Shown: positions 19,234 through 27,985 of the stretch, piece after piece | Numbering within the stretch: the stretch's first letter is position 1 | How the letters are laid out: every line of letters begins with the position of its first letter | Virus record (IMG/VR): IMGVR_UViG_3300021426_000001 | Direction: 5' to 3' (one strand) | Origin: a virus | Taxonomy: Duplodnaviria; Caudoviricetes | DNA: 64,000 nucleotides | Notes under the pieces: model-generated | Seen by the model: only the letters and a program-made list of their open reading frames with translations | Database searches by the model: none | Told to the model about the DNA's origin: nothing | Translations under genes and position numbers: made by a program

Positions 19234-19818
19234 TTACACTGAATCTTCATCTTTCTTTTCCTCTTTTGATTCGTCACTATTTATAGATGCCTTGGCCTCA
19301 GCGACGATGACAGAGAGCTCATCGCTGGCAGCTAGAAGATACTTGGCTTCCTCCTGCAGGCTCTCGATGCGCTCATTGCACTTGTCGATGTCGAGGACAG
19401 CGCCAGCCCTCTCCAGCATCTTAGCGATCCATTCGCCAGACTTCTCGAAGTCGATCTCCTTGAAAGACTCCATCTTCTCTTGAGCGTAGACTGCGTCAAT
19501 TCCGCACTCGCGTTCAGGAATGTATGCGTCCACTCTGTATGATTTCAGCACCTTTCCCGACCAGTAGTCTTCGTGCTCGTCGAAGTCCTCGACTAGCTTA
19601 ATTCCAGACATTGATTCTCTCATGTAGTCGATCAGATCGTCGGATGCGAAGTTGTGGTCTCCGTGGTAATTGTCGTATTTCCTCTTGTCTTCTGGACTTT
19701 CGATCATCTTTGGAAACTTATACCACAGGTTGAAGCGGTAGTTGCTGTTTCCGATCTTCGGATAGTCGCCACGGTCTGGCACATTTTCTGGTTCTGGAAT
19801 TACGTCAAATTTTTCCAT
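19234..19818 (-). CDS. hypothetical protein
   Basis: 194-aa ORF. Confidence 0.7.
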   Translation of the reverse strand: MEKFDVIPEPENVPDRGDYPKIGNSNYRFNLWYKFPKMIESPEDKRKYDNYHGDHNFASDDLIDYMRESMSGIKLVEDFDEHEDYWSGKVLKSYRVDAYIPERECGIDAVYAQEKMESFKEIDFEKSGEWIAKMLERAGAVLDIDKCNERIESLQEEAKYLLAASDELSVIVAEAKASINSDESKEEKKDEDSV

Positions 19819-20061
19819 TTATCCCTCTCGTTGTATAACTTCTTCTAGTGTCTTTGGCTCTTCTAACACTTCAATCTCGTCTTCGGGACGAATTTTGATC
19901 TTTCCCCACGTACCGTAGAGATCGCCTATGCCTCCAATGGAAGTGACCCGGCCAGTCTTTCCTATGAACTTCGCTTCGTAGGCGAAGATCTTTCCGTCAC
20001 TGTCTGATTTGAATCCGAGAATCCTGATAGTGTCGCCAACTTTTGGATTATAAATGCGCAT
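19819..20061 (-). CDS. small hypothetical protein (possible SH3-like barrel)
   Basis: KVGDTIRI...GKTGRVTSI...GTWG pattern. Confidence 0.55.
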   Translation of the reverse strand: MRIYNPKVGDTIRILGFKSDSDGKIFAYEAKFIGKTGRVTSIGGIGDLYGTWGKIKIRPEDEIEVLEEPKTLEEVIQREG

Positions 20062-20356
20062 TGATTGCCTCCATCTGGTTCATAGCCGTGTCGACTATGG
20101 TAGAAGCGTCTGCCAGAGAGCAGATCTGTAGCTCTTGAAGAGTCATTTTCTGAGGCACTCCGTCGAGCCAAGCGTTGAGACTGAGATCCTGAAGTCGGTT
20201 AGCGATCTTCGTGCAGAACTCGTCGTATGCTATGTCTAGCTCTTCTACGCTAGAGTTCGGATCATGCTTCATCGTATAGAATGTAGCCAAGTCTTCCCTG
20301 AACTGATCAATGTACTTGGCAGTGTCGAGACTATACGGCTTCGGAAAATACTTCAT
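20048..20356 (-). CDS. hypothetical protein
   Basis: first gene after promoter at 20394-20422. Confidence 0.65.
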   Translation of the reverse strand: MKYFPKPYSLDTAKYIDQFREDLATFYTMKHDPNSSVEELDIAYDEFCTKIANRLQDLSLNAWLDGVPQKMTLQELQICSLADASTIVDTAMNQMEAINAHL

Positions 20357-20393
20357 CTATATCTCCATATTGAAGTTTAACGGTTACATATAG

Positions 20394-20422
20394 AATATAG
20401 GATTTCGAAGCGATTTTGTAAA
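20394..20422 (-). promoter_or_regulatory. early promoter TTTACA-N17-TATATT
   Basis: consensus match. Confidence 0.75.
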
Positions 20423-20440
20423 CCCGAAAACTGAAAAATA

Positions 20441-20974
20441 TTATAGTTCCTTGCAGTTGTCGCGAATGCAGAAGTTTATGAGTCCATCTGATGTGTTCTC
20501 TCGCTTGCACTTCTTGATGCACTGTTCTCTAGATGGGCTGGACTCTTCTCTGCTAGAACCGCTCTTAGTTTCAATTTTAGAGCTGATTGCAGACGCTTCG
20601 CCCTGTGGGAGTACCAAGTACACAGTGTCGCGCTTTTCGACGTATACAGTGTCTTTACGGACCGTCTGGCGCCCCTTTGCTTCATCCAGTATCGCAGCGA
20701 TCTTCGCGATCGGAATGTTCTGAGAGTGTCTGCCAGAGCAGTAGCTCTCGTCTCCGCCGCATACTGTGATCACTGCGGTCTTCAGATCACGGTCGTTGCA
20801 CTTATCGGGATGTGAGAGACATGCTCTGAGATAGAGATCCCAGTCTTCCGCTTTGCATTTTTCCATGTCAGACGCGCACTTCATACCGAAGAGCTTTGGA
20901 ACTGCTACGGCAGCTAGAATGAGGATGATTACGATGACTACCATGAGTTCGATCAGTGTAAATCCCTTTTTCAT
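20441..20974 (-). CDS. type IV pilin-like protein (prepilin cleavage/methylation motif), Cys-rich
   Basis: MKKG/FTLIELMVVIVIILILAAVAVPKLFG with E5 and P22; TAATG coupling to upstream gene. Confidence 0.85.
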   Translation of the reverse strand: MKKGFTLIELMVVIVIILILAAVAVPKLFGMKCASDMEKCKAEDWDLYLRACLSHPDKCNDRDLKTAVITVCGGDESYCSGRHSQNIPIAKIAAILDEAKGRQTVRKDTVYVEKRDTVYLVLPQGEASAISSKIETKSGSSREESSPSREQCIKKCKRENTSDGLINFCIRDNCKEL

Positions 20975-21324
20975 TATTTCTCCTTGCATAGTATTTCAAT
21001 GCACTTGTCGATGTCGGATTTGATGTAGTGGGTAGACTTGCATGTCTCTTCGCAGTTCTCGTCGATCAAGACCTCATCGAACAACGTCGGATCAGACGGA
21101 ACGGCTCTAAGAGATCTGCCGTTGGTTCTAGACTCGTACTTCTTCGGAGGGATGTTCTCACGAACCTTGACTCTTTCCTGGATCTGATTTCTCTCTTGCT
21201 TCTCCAGGAGAGCAGCAATTCTGTCAAGCGTCTGCTCGATGTGGCGTAGCTTATCCATGCACAGCATGTCGCAGCTGTATGAGCTCACGACGACTGCGAA
21301 GACTATCATCATCAACTTCTTCAT
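20974..21324 (-). CDS. secreted/lipoprotein-like protein with C-terminal 4-Cys domain
   Basis: signal peptide MKKLMMIVFAVVVSSYSC; CxxxC-x12-CxxxxCKE. Confidence 0.7.
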   Translation of the reverse strand: MKKLMMIVFAVVVSSYSCDMLCMDKLRHIEQTLDRIAALLEKQERNQIQERVKVRENIPPKKYESRTNGRSLRAVPSDPTLFDEVLIDENCEETCKSTHYIKSDIDKCIEILCKEK

Positions 21325-21328
21325 GTCC

Positions 21329-21598
21329 CTATCTCCTTCCGATGATGTTCTTTATGAATATTCCAGACAAGAGCACTGTGAAGAATCCTAGGATCCAGAT
21401 AGCGCCCATGTAAGAAGAGTCGACTGGCTTGTGCGGATCTACTACGAATGTCGTCTTCGTAGGAACCTGGATCTCTGCCATAGAAGAGTATGTGTAAGCG
21501 GGAAGGTTCAGCTGCTTCGGTTTGCTGTCGTGGATCTCTACGTCGTCCTTGAATACTGGCAGCTTTGAGAGGTGAAACTCGAACGTCTCTTGTTCCAT
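21329..21598 (-). CDS. C-terminally anchored membrane protein
   Basis: TM helix then IIGRR; first gene after promoter. Confidence 0.65.
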   Translation of the reverse strand: MEQETFEFHLSKLPVFKDDVEIHDSKPKQLNLPAYTYSSMAEIQVPTKTTFVVDPHKPVDSSYMGAIWILGFFTVLLSGIFIKNIIGRR

Positions 21599-21630
21599 TT
21601 TGTCTCCTATTGTCTCCTAGTTTGTTTTGA

Positions 21631-21676
21631 AATATAGAAAAAAGAGGAAGCGCTTGAAAATTATAGCAGCTTCCTC
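21631..21676 (-). terminator. intrinsic terminator overlapping promoter -10 TATATT
   Basis: stem GAGGAAGC/GCTTCCTC followed by U-run on minus strand, then TATATT. Confidence 0.7.
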
Positions 21677-21688
21677 GGTAAGTATTAT

Positions 21689-21848
21689 CTCCGCGTCTAT
21701 CGGAAGACCATTGGCTGGTCGCGATAGACCATTGGGGCGGAGTTTGTCACCTTAGCAGCTCCCAACGCTGCGGGTGGACTAGTTCGCTTATTTCGTTTCT
21801 GAGCCTTCTCAGGGCTCGGTCCTGTAGCACTAACTGGGGCTACGACCG
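21689..21848 (-). ncRNA. unclassified structured RNA (four stem-loops plus possible pseudoknot)
   Basis: nested CTCCGC/GCGGAG, GTCTATCG/CGATAGAC, GACCA/TGGTC; GCAGC/GCTGC; GAGCC/GGCTC; GTAGC/GCTAC. Confidence 0.55.
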
Positions 21849-21858
21849 GTCTGGAATC

Positions 21859-23139
21859 TCACTTGGAGGAGAGCTTGTTGGTGATCTCCATTAGCATGTT
21901 GAGACCAACAGCGTCCATAGCGTTTGCGCCCTTAGAGTCGGATCCGTTGAGCATGATTTCAGGTACGAGCGGATGAGCGGAGTTAGCGAGAGCCTGAGCC
22001 ACGCCGACCTTAGTCTTATATTCCCATTCAGCTCTTTCTTGCGGAGTAAGACCAGCTCTTACGAGTGCCATGTTAGCAGCAGCTTCTGCTTCCTTTTCGG
22101 CCTTGATCTTCTTAGCGACTTCGTTTGCTCTCTTAGCTTCGTATTGTGCCACTTCGAAGTCCTTCTGAGCTTGTAAGACTGCCACTTCCTTTTCCTTCTC
22201 AGCGATTGTAGTCGCCTTGATCTTTTCCACGAGCTGTTGTGCCTGTTCACGTGCTACGTCTGCCTTGCCCTTTTCACGAGCGGTGATAGCTTCCTGCTTA
22301 GCAGCTTCAGCTTCTGTAGCCTTGGAGACACGTTCCATTTCTCTCTTCTTTACCACGTCCAACTGATCCTGAGCGATCTTGTCTAGCTTGACCTTCTGAA
22401 TGACGCACTGAGTGATCTGGATGCCTGCCTTAGTGAGAGCAGACGGCTTCAAGATGATGCGGCGGCCGTTAGTGTCGAGCTTGAGCTTCGTGATCGTATA
22501 TTCTTGGTATTCAGCCTTCTTAATGACCTTTCCATTCGAGTCGAGTTCATCTGGGCCTGTCGGTTCCTTGATGACGTTAGTCTGTGTGAGGTATTCACCT
22601 TCAACGACCTGGTCATTGAACATGCGGTTCATTTCAGCGAACTTAGTGACCTTTGCCTCTTCTGCTGTGTATAGCGGAGCAGTCTTACGGACAGCGGATA
22701 GCACTTCGTTTCTCACGAGGTTGTGCTTGATGTTCTTAGAGCTGCCGTAGATTCGATGTAGCGCTAGGAGCTTTTCGCAGTCTGTTGGAAGTTCATAGAG
22801 AACGTAGCCTGACATAGAAGCGCCAGCGTTTCGAGACAGAGTCACGTCGACATCGTCTTCGTCAGTGTCATCGCCTTCCCAGCCCTCACCACGGACCTTT
22901 TCCGTAGATGAGTTGAAGTAGAACGCCTTAGCACGTTCGTAAACGTAGATGTCTGCGAAGCCCTTGACGTACCAGCCCTGACCTTCTACGCAGCTCATGG
23001 TTCCGAACGGGCTCTGCTTGATGATGAGCTCGGTCGAGTTCTTGTGACCCACGAGCATGTTGAAGAGGATGATTCCCAGGATGATGGTGGCCACGAGAGC
23101 GCCAGCGATAATCTTGGTCTTTGTGGAAAGATTTTCCAT
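21859..23139 (-). CDS. SPFH / band-7 family membrane protein with coiled-coil tail
   Basis: N-terminal TM, IKQSPFG..., long EA/KA-rich coiled coil, VPEIM C-terminus. Confidence 0.75.
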   Translation of the reverse strand: MENLSTKTKIIAGALVATIILGIILFNMLVGHKNSTELIIKQSPFGTMSCVEGQGWYVKGFADIYVYERAKAFYFNSSTEKVRGEGWEGDDTDEDDVDVTLSRNAGASMSGYVLYELPTDCEKLLALHRIYGSSKNIKHNLVRNEVLSAVRKTAPLYTAEEAKVTKFAEMNRMFNDQVVEGEYLTQTNVIKEPTGPDELDSNGKVIKKAEYQEYTITKLKLDTNGRRIILKPSALTKAGIQITQCVIQKVKLDKIAQDQLDVVKKREMERVSKATEAEAAKQEAITAREKGKADVAREQAQQLVEKIKATTIAEKEKEVAVLQAQKDFEVAQYEAKRANEVAKKIKAEKEAEAAANMALVRAGLTPQERAEWEYKTKVGVAQALANSAHPLVPEIMLNGSDSKGANAMDAVGLNMLMEITNKLSSK

Positions 23140-23189
23140 TGAGTTATCTCCTTGTTAAGAGTTTGAGGTTTGTTGAATTTGATGAAGTA

Positions 23190-23217
23190 AACTTAGATAT
23201 TTTTCTCGGTTTCTAAA
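23190..23217 (-). promoter_or_regulatory. variant early promoter TTTAGA-N16-TAAGTT
   Basis: similar variant at 47867-47895. Confidence 0.5.
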
Positions 23218-23241
23218 TATCCCAAGTATGTAAAGTTTTTG

Positions 23242-23952
23242 TTACTTGTTCATCATCTTGATCTGATCTTCAGTCAAGCGCTGAACGCCATACTTCTTGA
23301 GATCTTCTTCTGTCGCTTCATGGAACTTGGCCATGCTGTCGAAGTAGACGTACTTGTCGACGTGAATGCGCTCATGGTTCGGACAGAGGATGTACGAGAG
23401 GTAGTTGAAGTCACGATCGTGACCGTTGTCCTTGAGCTCTTCTGACATTCTCACGCGCCACGGATAGCGTGGAGGACAGTACGGGAACTTGATTTCTAGA
23501 GCTTCTGGGCAGTACTTCTTGAGAACCTTGTCAGTTCTGTTAGTGCCGAGAGCCATAGCGTGACCGTCTGCCAGCTTGACTTCGTCAAGAACCGTGTTGT
23601 CGATGTCGTGATAAGAGACATTGCCGTCTGCGTCTATCTCCTTGAACAGAGAAGATCTGCGAACGCACTGGAAGTGCTTTCTCTTGTCGTTCTCTCCAAG
23701 GCCGTAGCTGTCGCCCCAGGACTCTGGAACGTCCTCGATCGGAGTCAGCGGAATGTCGTGCATGAGACACTCTAGGATGCTGCGAGTGATGGAGAAGGAC
23801 ATGCCTGAGTGGCCGTCCTCACAGAGAGACTTGTAAGCCTTAAGCGCAGAGTCGAGACAGCCGTTGACATACGGAGTCCAGCCGCAAGCTTCTTTTCCCT
23901 CGAATTCCTTCTTGAGCTTGATTTCGTTTTCTGCCCATTCAACAAGTGACAT
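23242..23952 (-). CDS. conserved phage hypothetical protein
   Basis: DGHSGMS...PLTPIED...QCxRxSSLFK motifs recalled from other large phages. Confidence 0.7.
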   Translation of the reverse strand: MSLVEWAENEIKLKKEFEGKEACGWTPYVNGCLDSALKAYKSLCEDGHSGMSFSITRSILECLMHDIPLTPIEDVPESWGDSYGLGENDKRKHFQCVRRSSLFKEIDADGNVSYHDIDNTVLDEVKLADGHAMALGTNRTDKVLKKYCPEALEIKFPYCPPRYPWRVRMSEELKDNGHDRDFNYLSYILCPNHERIHVDKYVYFDSMAKFHEATEEDLKKYGVQRLTEDQIKMMNK

Positions 23953-24178
23953 AGTTTGTTTCCTCTTAGTTAGTTTCCTCTTAGTTAGTTCTTCTTGGTT
24001 AGTTTGAGATAGAGATTGTAGAGGAGAGTGAACAACAGCTCGCCGATCTTCTGGATTGATAACATAATGAAGATGGCGAGAAGTACAGCGATAGCGAGCC
24101 AGAGAGTAGTAGAGCTGTAAATTGTGCTCTCCACGTTTCCCTGCGCAAGATGAAGCGCTAACGCGGTGTTCATCTCAT

Positions 24179-24430
24179 TCATCGCTTGACCCTCGGGACT
24201 CTGTGCACGATCGGCTGCTCGTGATGAACTGGATATTCCTTCTTAGCTGGACCCTTCTCTTGGACGAGCGGATCTGGGAGCCAGAATACGTTTCCGTCAA
24301 CAGTCACCTTTCGAATATTTGTCCACTTAGCTACCGTCTCGACAGCCTGACGCAATGCGCGCTCGATGGCGTCCAAGACGATCTCGTTGGTGATCTGGTC
24401 TTCGAAGTCGATCTCGATTTTCTTTTTCAT
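24179..24430 (-). CDS. hypothetical protein
   Basis: ORF in operon. Confidence 0.55.
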   Translation of the reverse strand: MKKKIEIDFEDQITNEIVLDAIERALRQAVETVAKWTNIRKVTVDGNVFWLPDPLVQEKGPAKKEYPVHHEQPIVHRVPRVKR

Positions 24431-24663
24431 TATTCACCCTTTGTGTGATAAGTTTTTGGATCGAACCCTAGCTTAATCGCTTGGGCGAGTAGTTTGTCGA
24501 TATTCTTTGCGTGCTTCTCAGACTTCTCCTTCATCTTCGCAGCAGTGACGAAGTCTCCGAGAGCTGCCAAGTTGCAGGAGATCATGTGAAACTTCTGAGA
24601 CTCAGCAGTAGCTCTGAGTGAGCGCTGTAGCCATAGTGCGATCTTAAGCTGCTGTTCCGTCAT
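24430..24663 (-). CDS. hypothetical protein
   Basis: ORF in operon. Confidence 0.55.
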   Translation of the reverse strand: MTEQQLKIALWLQRSLRATAESQKFHMISCNLAALGDFVTAAKMKEKSEKHAKNIDKLLAQAIKLGFDPKTYHTKGE

Positions 24664-25159
24664 CTTCTACCTTCTTCTTGCGTCCGCGAGTCGGCTTCTT
24701 CGGAGCTTCAGCTTCTGCCTTCTCTGCTAGCATCTTGTCCAAGATCTGCTGACAGAGCTCCGTCGTGCTAGACATGTCGAGGATCTCGTGAACGTCGATG
24801 GACTTGAGATACTTCTCAGAGTTCTTCATCTTCTGAGACTCAGTCTGGCTGTCCTGAATGCTCTTGAACTTGAACTGAGCCATCAGCTCGCAGTAAGCGT
24901 TCTTGACTTCCTTCTCAGTCTTGTAAGTGGTCGGAAGATTCTGCCAGATCCACTTGCCTGGCTCGCCCTCCTTGGTGACGAAAGTGTAGTTCTGAATGCA
25001 GAACTGGTTGAGCCCGTTTCTGATCACTCGATACGGATTAGCGAGATACTTTTCGTGTTCACGCTGCTCTCGTGTAGTCTTTATGTCGTTCACTGCATTG
25101 ATGATCAAGTAGCATACGACGAAGATGAAAAAGATTGCGATAATTGCTATTCCAAGCAT
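24644..25159 (-). CDS. membrane-anchored hypothetical protein
   Basis: N-terminal TM; AGGAG RBS. Confidence 0.7.
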   Translation of the reverse strand: MLGIAIIAIFFIFVVCYLIINAVNDIKTTREQREHEKYLANPYRVIRNGLNQFCIQNYTFVTKEGEPGKWIWQNLPTTYKTEKEVKNAYCELMAQFKFKSIQDSQTESQKMKNSEKYLKSIDVHEILDMSSTTELCQQILDKMLAEKAEAEAPKKPTRGRKKKVEDDGTAA

Positions 25160-25180
25160 GTTGTCTCCTGTTTATAGGAC

Positions 25181-25215
25181 AATATAGTAAAAAGAGGCCA
25201 CTTTGTAAATGGCCT
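25181..25215 (-). promoter_or_regulatory. early promoter with hairpin
   Basis: TTTACA-N17-TATATT; stem AGGCCA/TGGCCT. Confidence 0.8.
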
Positions 25216-25324
25216 AATTGAAATATTTGTTGTAGATTATGATTCCGACACAGATTGCGCTCAATACGACGCAGAGCCAAATTACTATGTCGTAGACTAG
25301 AGTAGACTTGTGAAACAGCTTCAT
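25214..25324 (-). CDS. 36-aa single-TM peptide (not in ORF track)
   Basis: MKLFHKSTLVYDIVIWLCVVLSAICVGIIIYNKYFN. Confidence 0.5.
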   Translation of the reverse strand: MKLFHKSTLVYDIVIWLCVVLSAICVGIIIYNKYFN

Positions 25325-25363
25325 GCCTTATTTATCGTAGATGCACTCATCAGTATGCACTTA

Positions 25364-25624
25364 TCAGTAGATAGTCTTGATCTTGTCAAGGAACTCTTCA
25401 ACGTCTTGGCGCATCTTGAGCGAAGCGCCGTGAGGAAGTCCCTCTAGCACATGCCACTTCCAGACTTTCAGATTGTCTGTCTCGATCTCCGACAGCGGAT
25501 TCGTGACTGATACTGCGTTTTCGATTTCTCTTCTTAGGTCTTCTGCCGTCTCGATTAGATCATCCAGTGATCTCAGTGCGCTTCTCTTCTCGATTCGGAC
25601 TTCTTCTTCGTATGAGTTGTACAT
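25364..25624 (-). CDS. hypothetical protein
   Basis: start MYNSY after GGAGG. Confidence 0.6.
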   Translation of the reverse strand: MYNSYEEEVRIEKRSALRSLDDLIETAEDLRREIENAVSVTNPLSEIETDNLKVWKWHVLEGLPHGASLKMRQDVEEFLDKIKTIY

Positions 25625-25690
25625 AAAAAAGCCTCCATGATCCAATATAGTAAATCATGGAGGATATTGATTTTGTCTCTATAGATGTCT

Positions 25691-26659
25691 TTACGGCACG
25701 TAGAGGATTGTAGGGTTGTCCTTGTGCATATCAAAGCACTTCATGAAGAAGCGTTGCGAGACGCAGTAGTTGTGCCATTCACGAACTAACTTCACAGCAT
25801 CGAACGGACAGTCGATCTTTACGAGAGTCTTGTTCTGGTCCATCTTCACGATCTCGATAGCGCCAGTCGGATTGCACTTAGCAGTGCGGAGGCACTCTTT
25901 GAGACCCTCTGCGTGGTTGATGTACTTGTCCGTGAGACTGAAGACCGTTCTGCCCTTTTCGTATTCCTTGTTCTGGGGAATCGGAGCAGTGATCTGGTAC
26001 TGAGTCGTGTACTGTTCCCAGAGATCTTTGAAAGTCTTCGTGTTGAACGGACGAGAGATGATGTGAATGCCGTGCTTCGTCGGCACTTCGGCAAAGTTCT
26101 CTTCTGCGAAGATGCCGTGATGACGTTCCCACGGAATCTGAGAGTGAGTGTCCTGAAACTCTTTCCACTTCGGAGAGATTGGATCACACTGGAAGATCAT
26201 GTCGTAGATGACGCTCTTGTGCTGAAGATATTCTTCATCCAAGTCTAGGATCCATGTCTTTCCTTCTCCTGCGCAGTTGGCGTTTCCAGCAGCGCTAGCC
26301 ACGAGACTGAACGGGCTGTTGAAGGACTGGCCAGACACGAGCTGCTCTGTGATGTGCTTCATGATAGCGAAGCTGATCTGCTGATAGTTTCGCTTGTTGA
26401 GGCGGATGTAAGCGCGAACGTTGAAGACGTCGCAGAGTTTCTTGATTTCGTCTTCTTTCTGGTCGAAGTATTCGAGAGACGGAATGAAGTAGTCCTTGAT
26501 GCTGCGGCTGTGCATGTTGCCGTGATAGTTCGGATCAGGCTTGCCGTCAATCATCGGATCGTCGGACTGACGACGGAGAAGCTGGAGGTAATAGCAGTCT
26601 CCTGGATTTTCGAACTTGAGAAGCTTGCGGATGATTGCGAAATTGTCTACTTTAGCCAT
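25691..26659 (-). CDS. conserved phage protein, possible AEP (primase-polymerase)-like fold
   Basis: WILDLD (DxD) and PTKHGIHII motifs; C-terminal HKDNPTILY. Confidence 0.45.
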   Translation of the reverse strand: MAKVDNFAIIRKLLKFENPGDCYYLQLLRRQSDDPMIDGKPDPNYHGNMHSRSIKDYFIPSLEYFDQKEDEIKKLCDVFNVRAYIRLNKRNYQQISFAIMKHITEQLVSGQSFNSPFSLVASAAGNANCAGEGKTWILDLDEEYLQHKSVIYDMIFQCDPISPKWKEFQDTHSQIPWERHHGIFAEENFAEVPTKHGIHIISRPFNTKTFKDLWEQYTTQYQITAPIPQNKEYEKGRTVFSLTDKYINHAEGLKECLRTAKCNPTGAIEIVKMDQNKTLVKIDCPFDAVKLVREWHNYCVSQRFFMKCFDMHKDNPTILYVP

Positions 26660-26663
26660 TTAG

Positions 26664-27188
26664 TTAGTCCTTTGTTGAAGTTGCAGATACAATATAGGAA
26701 TTTCTCAACAGCTTGTAAACCGTATTTTTGAGATTTTCTAGCTCTTCTGGGCTGTTGTTCTTTGCTTCGACTAGCTTCTTCTTATAGAATTTCTTCTTAA
26801 ACTCACAGATGCCCTCTAGGACGCGGCATCCGCACCACCAGCAGTCATCGAACTTCTTAGCTTTCTCAAATGAAAAAGTTCCATCGTCGAGAAGTTTTAG
26901 AAGATAGTGAGCGTCTTTAGAGTTGTTCTCGATATGTCCGTAGAATCCGTGACAATTGGGACGCCTGCCTGCTACTGTCCACTTCAGGGTGATGTAGTAT
27001 GGCTGATACTTCTCGCCAGGCCAGTCCTTAGCGAAGAACAGATCTACCCACTTGAACAGCTCTGGACGCTCGCTGCTGTTCGTGATCTTTCCAGTGTCTG
27101 CGATATTGCACAGCTCTTCGTAAGCTTTTGGAAACTCATCCAGACACTTGATTCTGTACTCGATTTCTTCTATCGTATCTCTACTCAT
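26664..27188 (-). CDS. hypothetical protein
   Basis: 174-aa ORF; internal early promoter at 26691-26719. Confidence 0.65.
   Translation of the reverse strand: MSRDTIEEIEYRIKCLDEFPKAYEELCNIADTGKITNSSERPELFKWVDLFFAKDWPGEKYQPYYITLKWTVAGRRPNCHGFYGHIENNSKDAHYLLKLLDDGTFSFEKAKKFDDCWWCGCRVLEGICEFKKKFYKKKLVEAKNNSPEELENLKNTVYKLLRNSYIVSATSTKD
26691..26719 (-). promoter_or_regulatory. early promoter TTTACA-N17-TATATT
   Basis: consensus match with conserved leader AACTTCAACAAAGGA. Confidence 0.75.
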
Positions 27189-27714
27189 CGCACTTCCTCT
27201 TGTCGCTTGCGTTCTCTATGTCTTCTTGGATAGCCTTGAGAACATTCTTCATTATCTCGCTCATCTGATCAACTGAGACGAAGAGCTCGGTGTTGATCGC
27301 GTACTTGTTGTCGCAGCGCTTCATCCAGGCTTCGAATTCTGGTATGGGCATAATGTCAGCTGCTACGCCCTGCCCGTACATGAAAGAGATCACGGACTTC
27401 TTGCCGTTGTTCTCCACGATGAAGAACTCTAACGGAAAGACAGACTCTTCTATGTTCTGAAACGGAAGATGCTGAGTGACTACGCTAGTGAGTCCAGTCC
27501 AGAGATCTGCGAACTTGTGCTTCTCTGGATCTTCCGAGTAAACACACTCTTCGTCGCCGAGACATAGCTGCTTGTCTATTGCCTCTCTCAGCAGATCGGG
27601 ATTGAACTTCGGAATAGCCTCCAAGTCATGCTCATATCGCATCTTCAGCAGATCTCTAGGAGACTTGCTGTCGAACCATTTCCTCATAGCCGCGAGATTC
27701 TCTTCCAGATTCAT
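27181..27714 (-). CDS. hypothetical protein
   Basis: 177-aa ORF. Confidence 0.7.
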   Translation of the reverse strand: MNLEENLAAMRKWFDSKSPRDLLKMRYEHDLEAIPKFNPDLLREAIDKQLCLGDEECVYSEDPEKHKFADLWTGLTSVVTQHLPFQNIEESVFPLEFFIVENNGKKSVISFMYGQGVAADIMPIPEFEAWMKRCDNKYAINTELFVSVDQMSEIMKNVLKAIQEDIENASDKRKCDE

Positions 27715-27984
27715 CTACTTTTCTCCGTAGTAGTACCAGTACTTGCCCTTAGTCGATAGGTTCAAGTTCAAGAACTTGAGTCCCACCATGTTCACTGGCA
27801 TGTTCTGTGGACCGTTGCACTCGACGATAGCGTAGCGCTTGTACTTGACGTACTCGTCGTAGTAGTCCTCTTCCCACTTGACCAAGCTGCAGCCCTTGCG
27901 TGCGACTGAGACCTGAAAGTCAAGCTTGATGTCTGCGAATGCTGCGACTGCGAAAGCGAGCAGCAACAGAGCGATCTTCTTCAT
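27715..27984 (-). CDS. small secreted protein
   Basis: Sec signal MKKIALLLLAFAVAAFA. Confidence 0.7.
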   Translation of the reverse strand: MKKIALLLLAFAVAAFADIKLDFQVSVARKGCSLVKWEEDYYDEYVKYKRYAIVECNGPQNMPVNMVGLKFLNLNLSTKGKYWYYYGEK

Positions 27985-27985
27985 A

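Noticed and set aside
19278-19285. Intragenic TATAAATA
   Set aside because: Inside a CDS of an early operon; may be chance, so not listed as a promoter
21689-21848. tRNA, hammerhead or HDV/theta ribozyme identity
   Set aside because: No cloverleaf; CUGAGAA does not fit CUGANGA; GCUAA present but P1-P3 topology is missing
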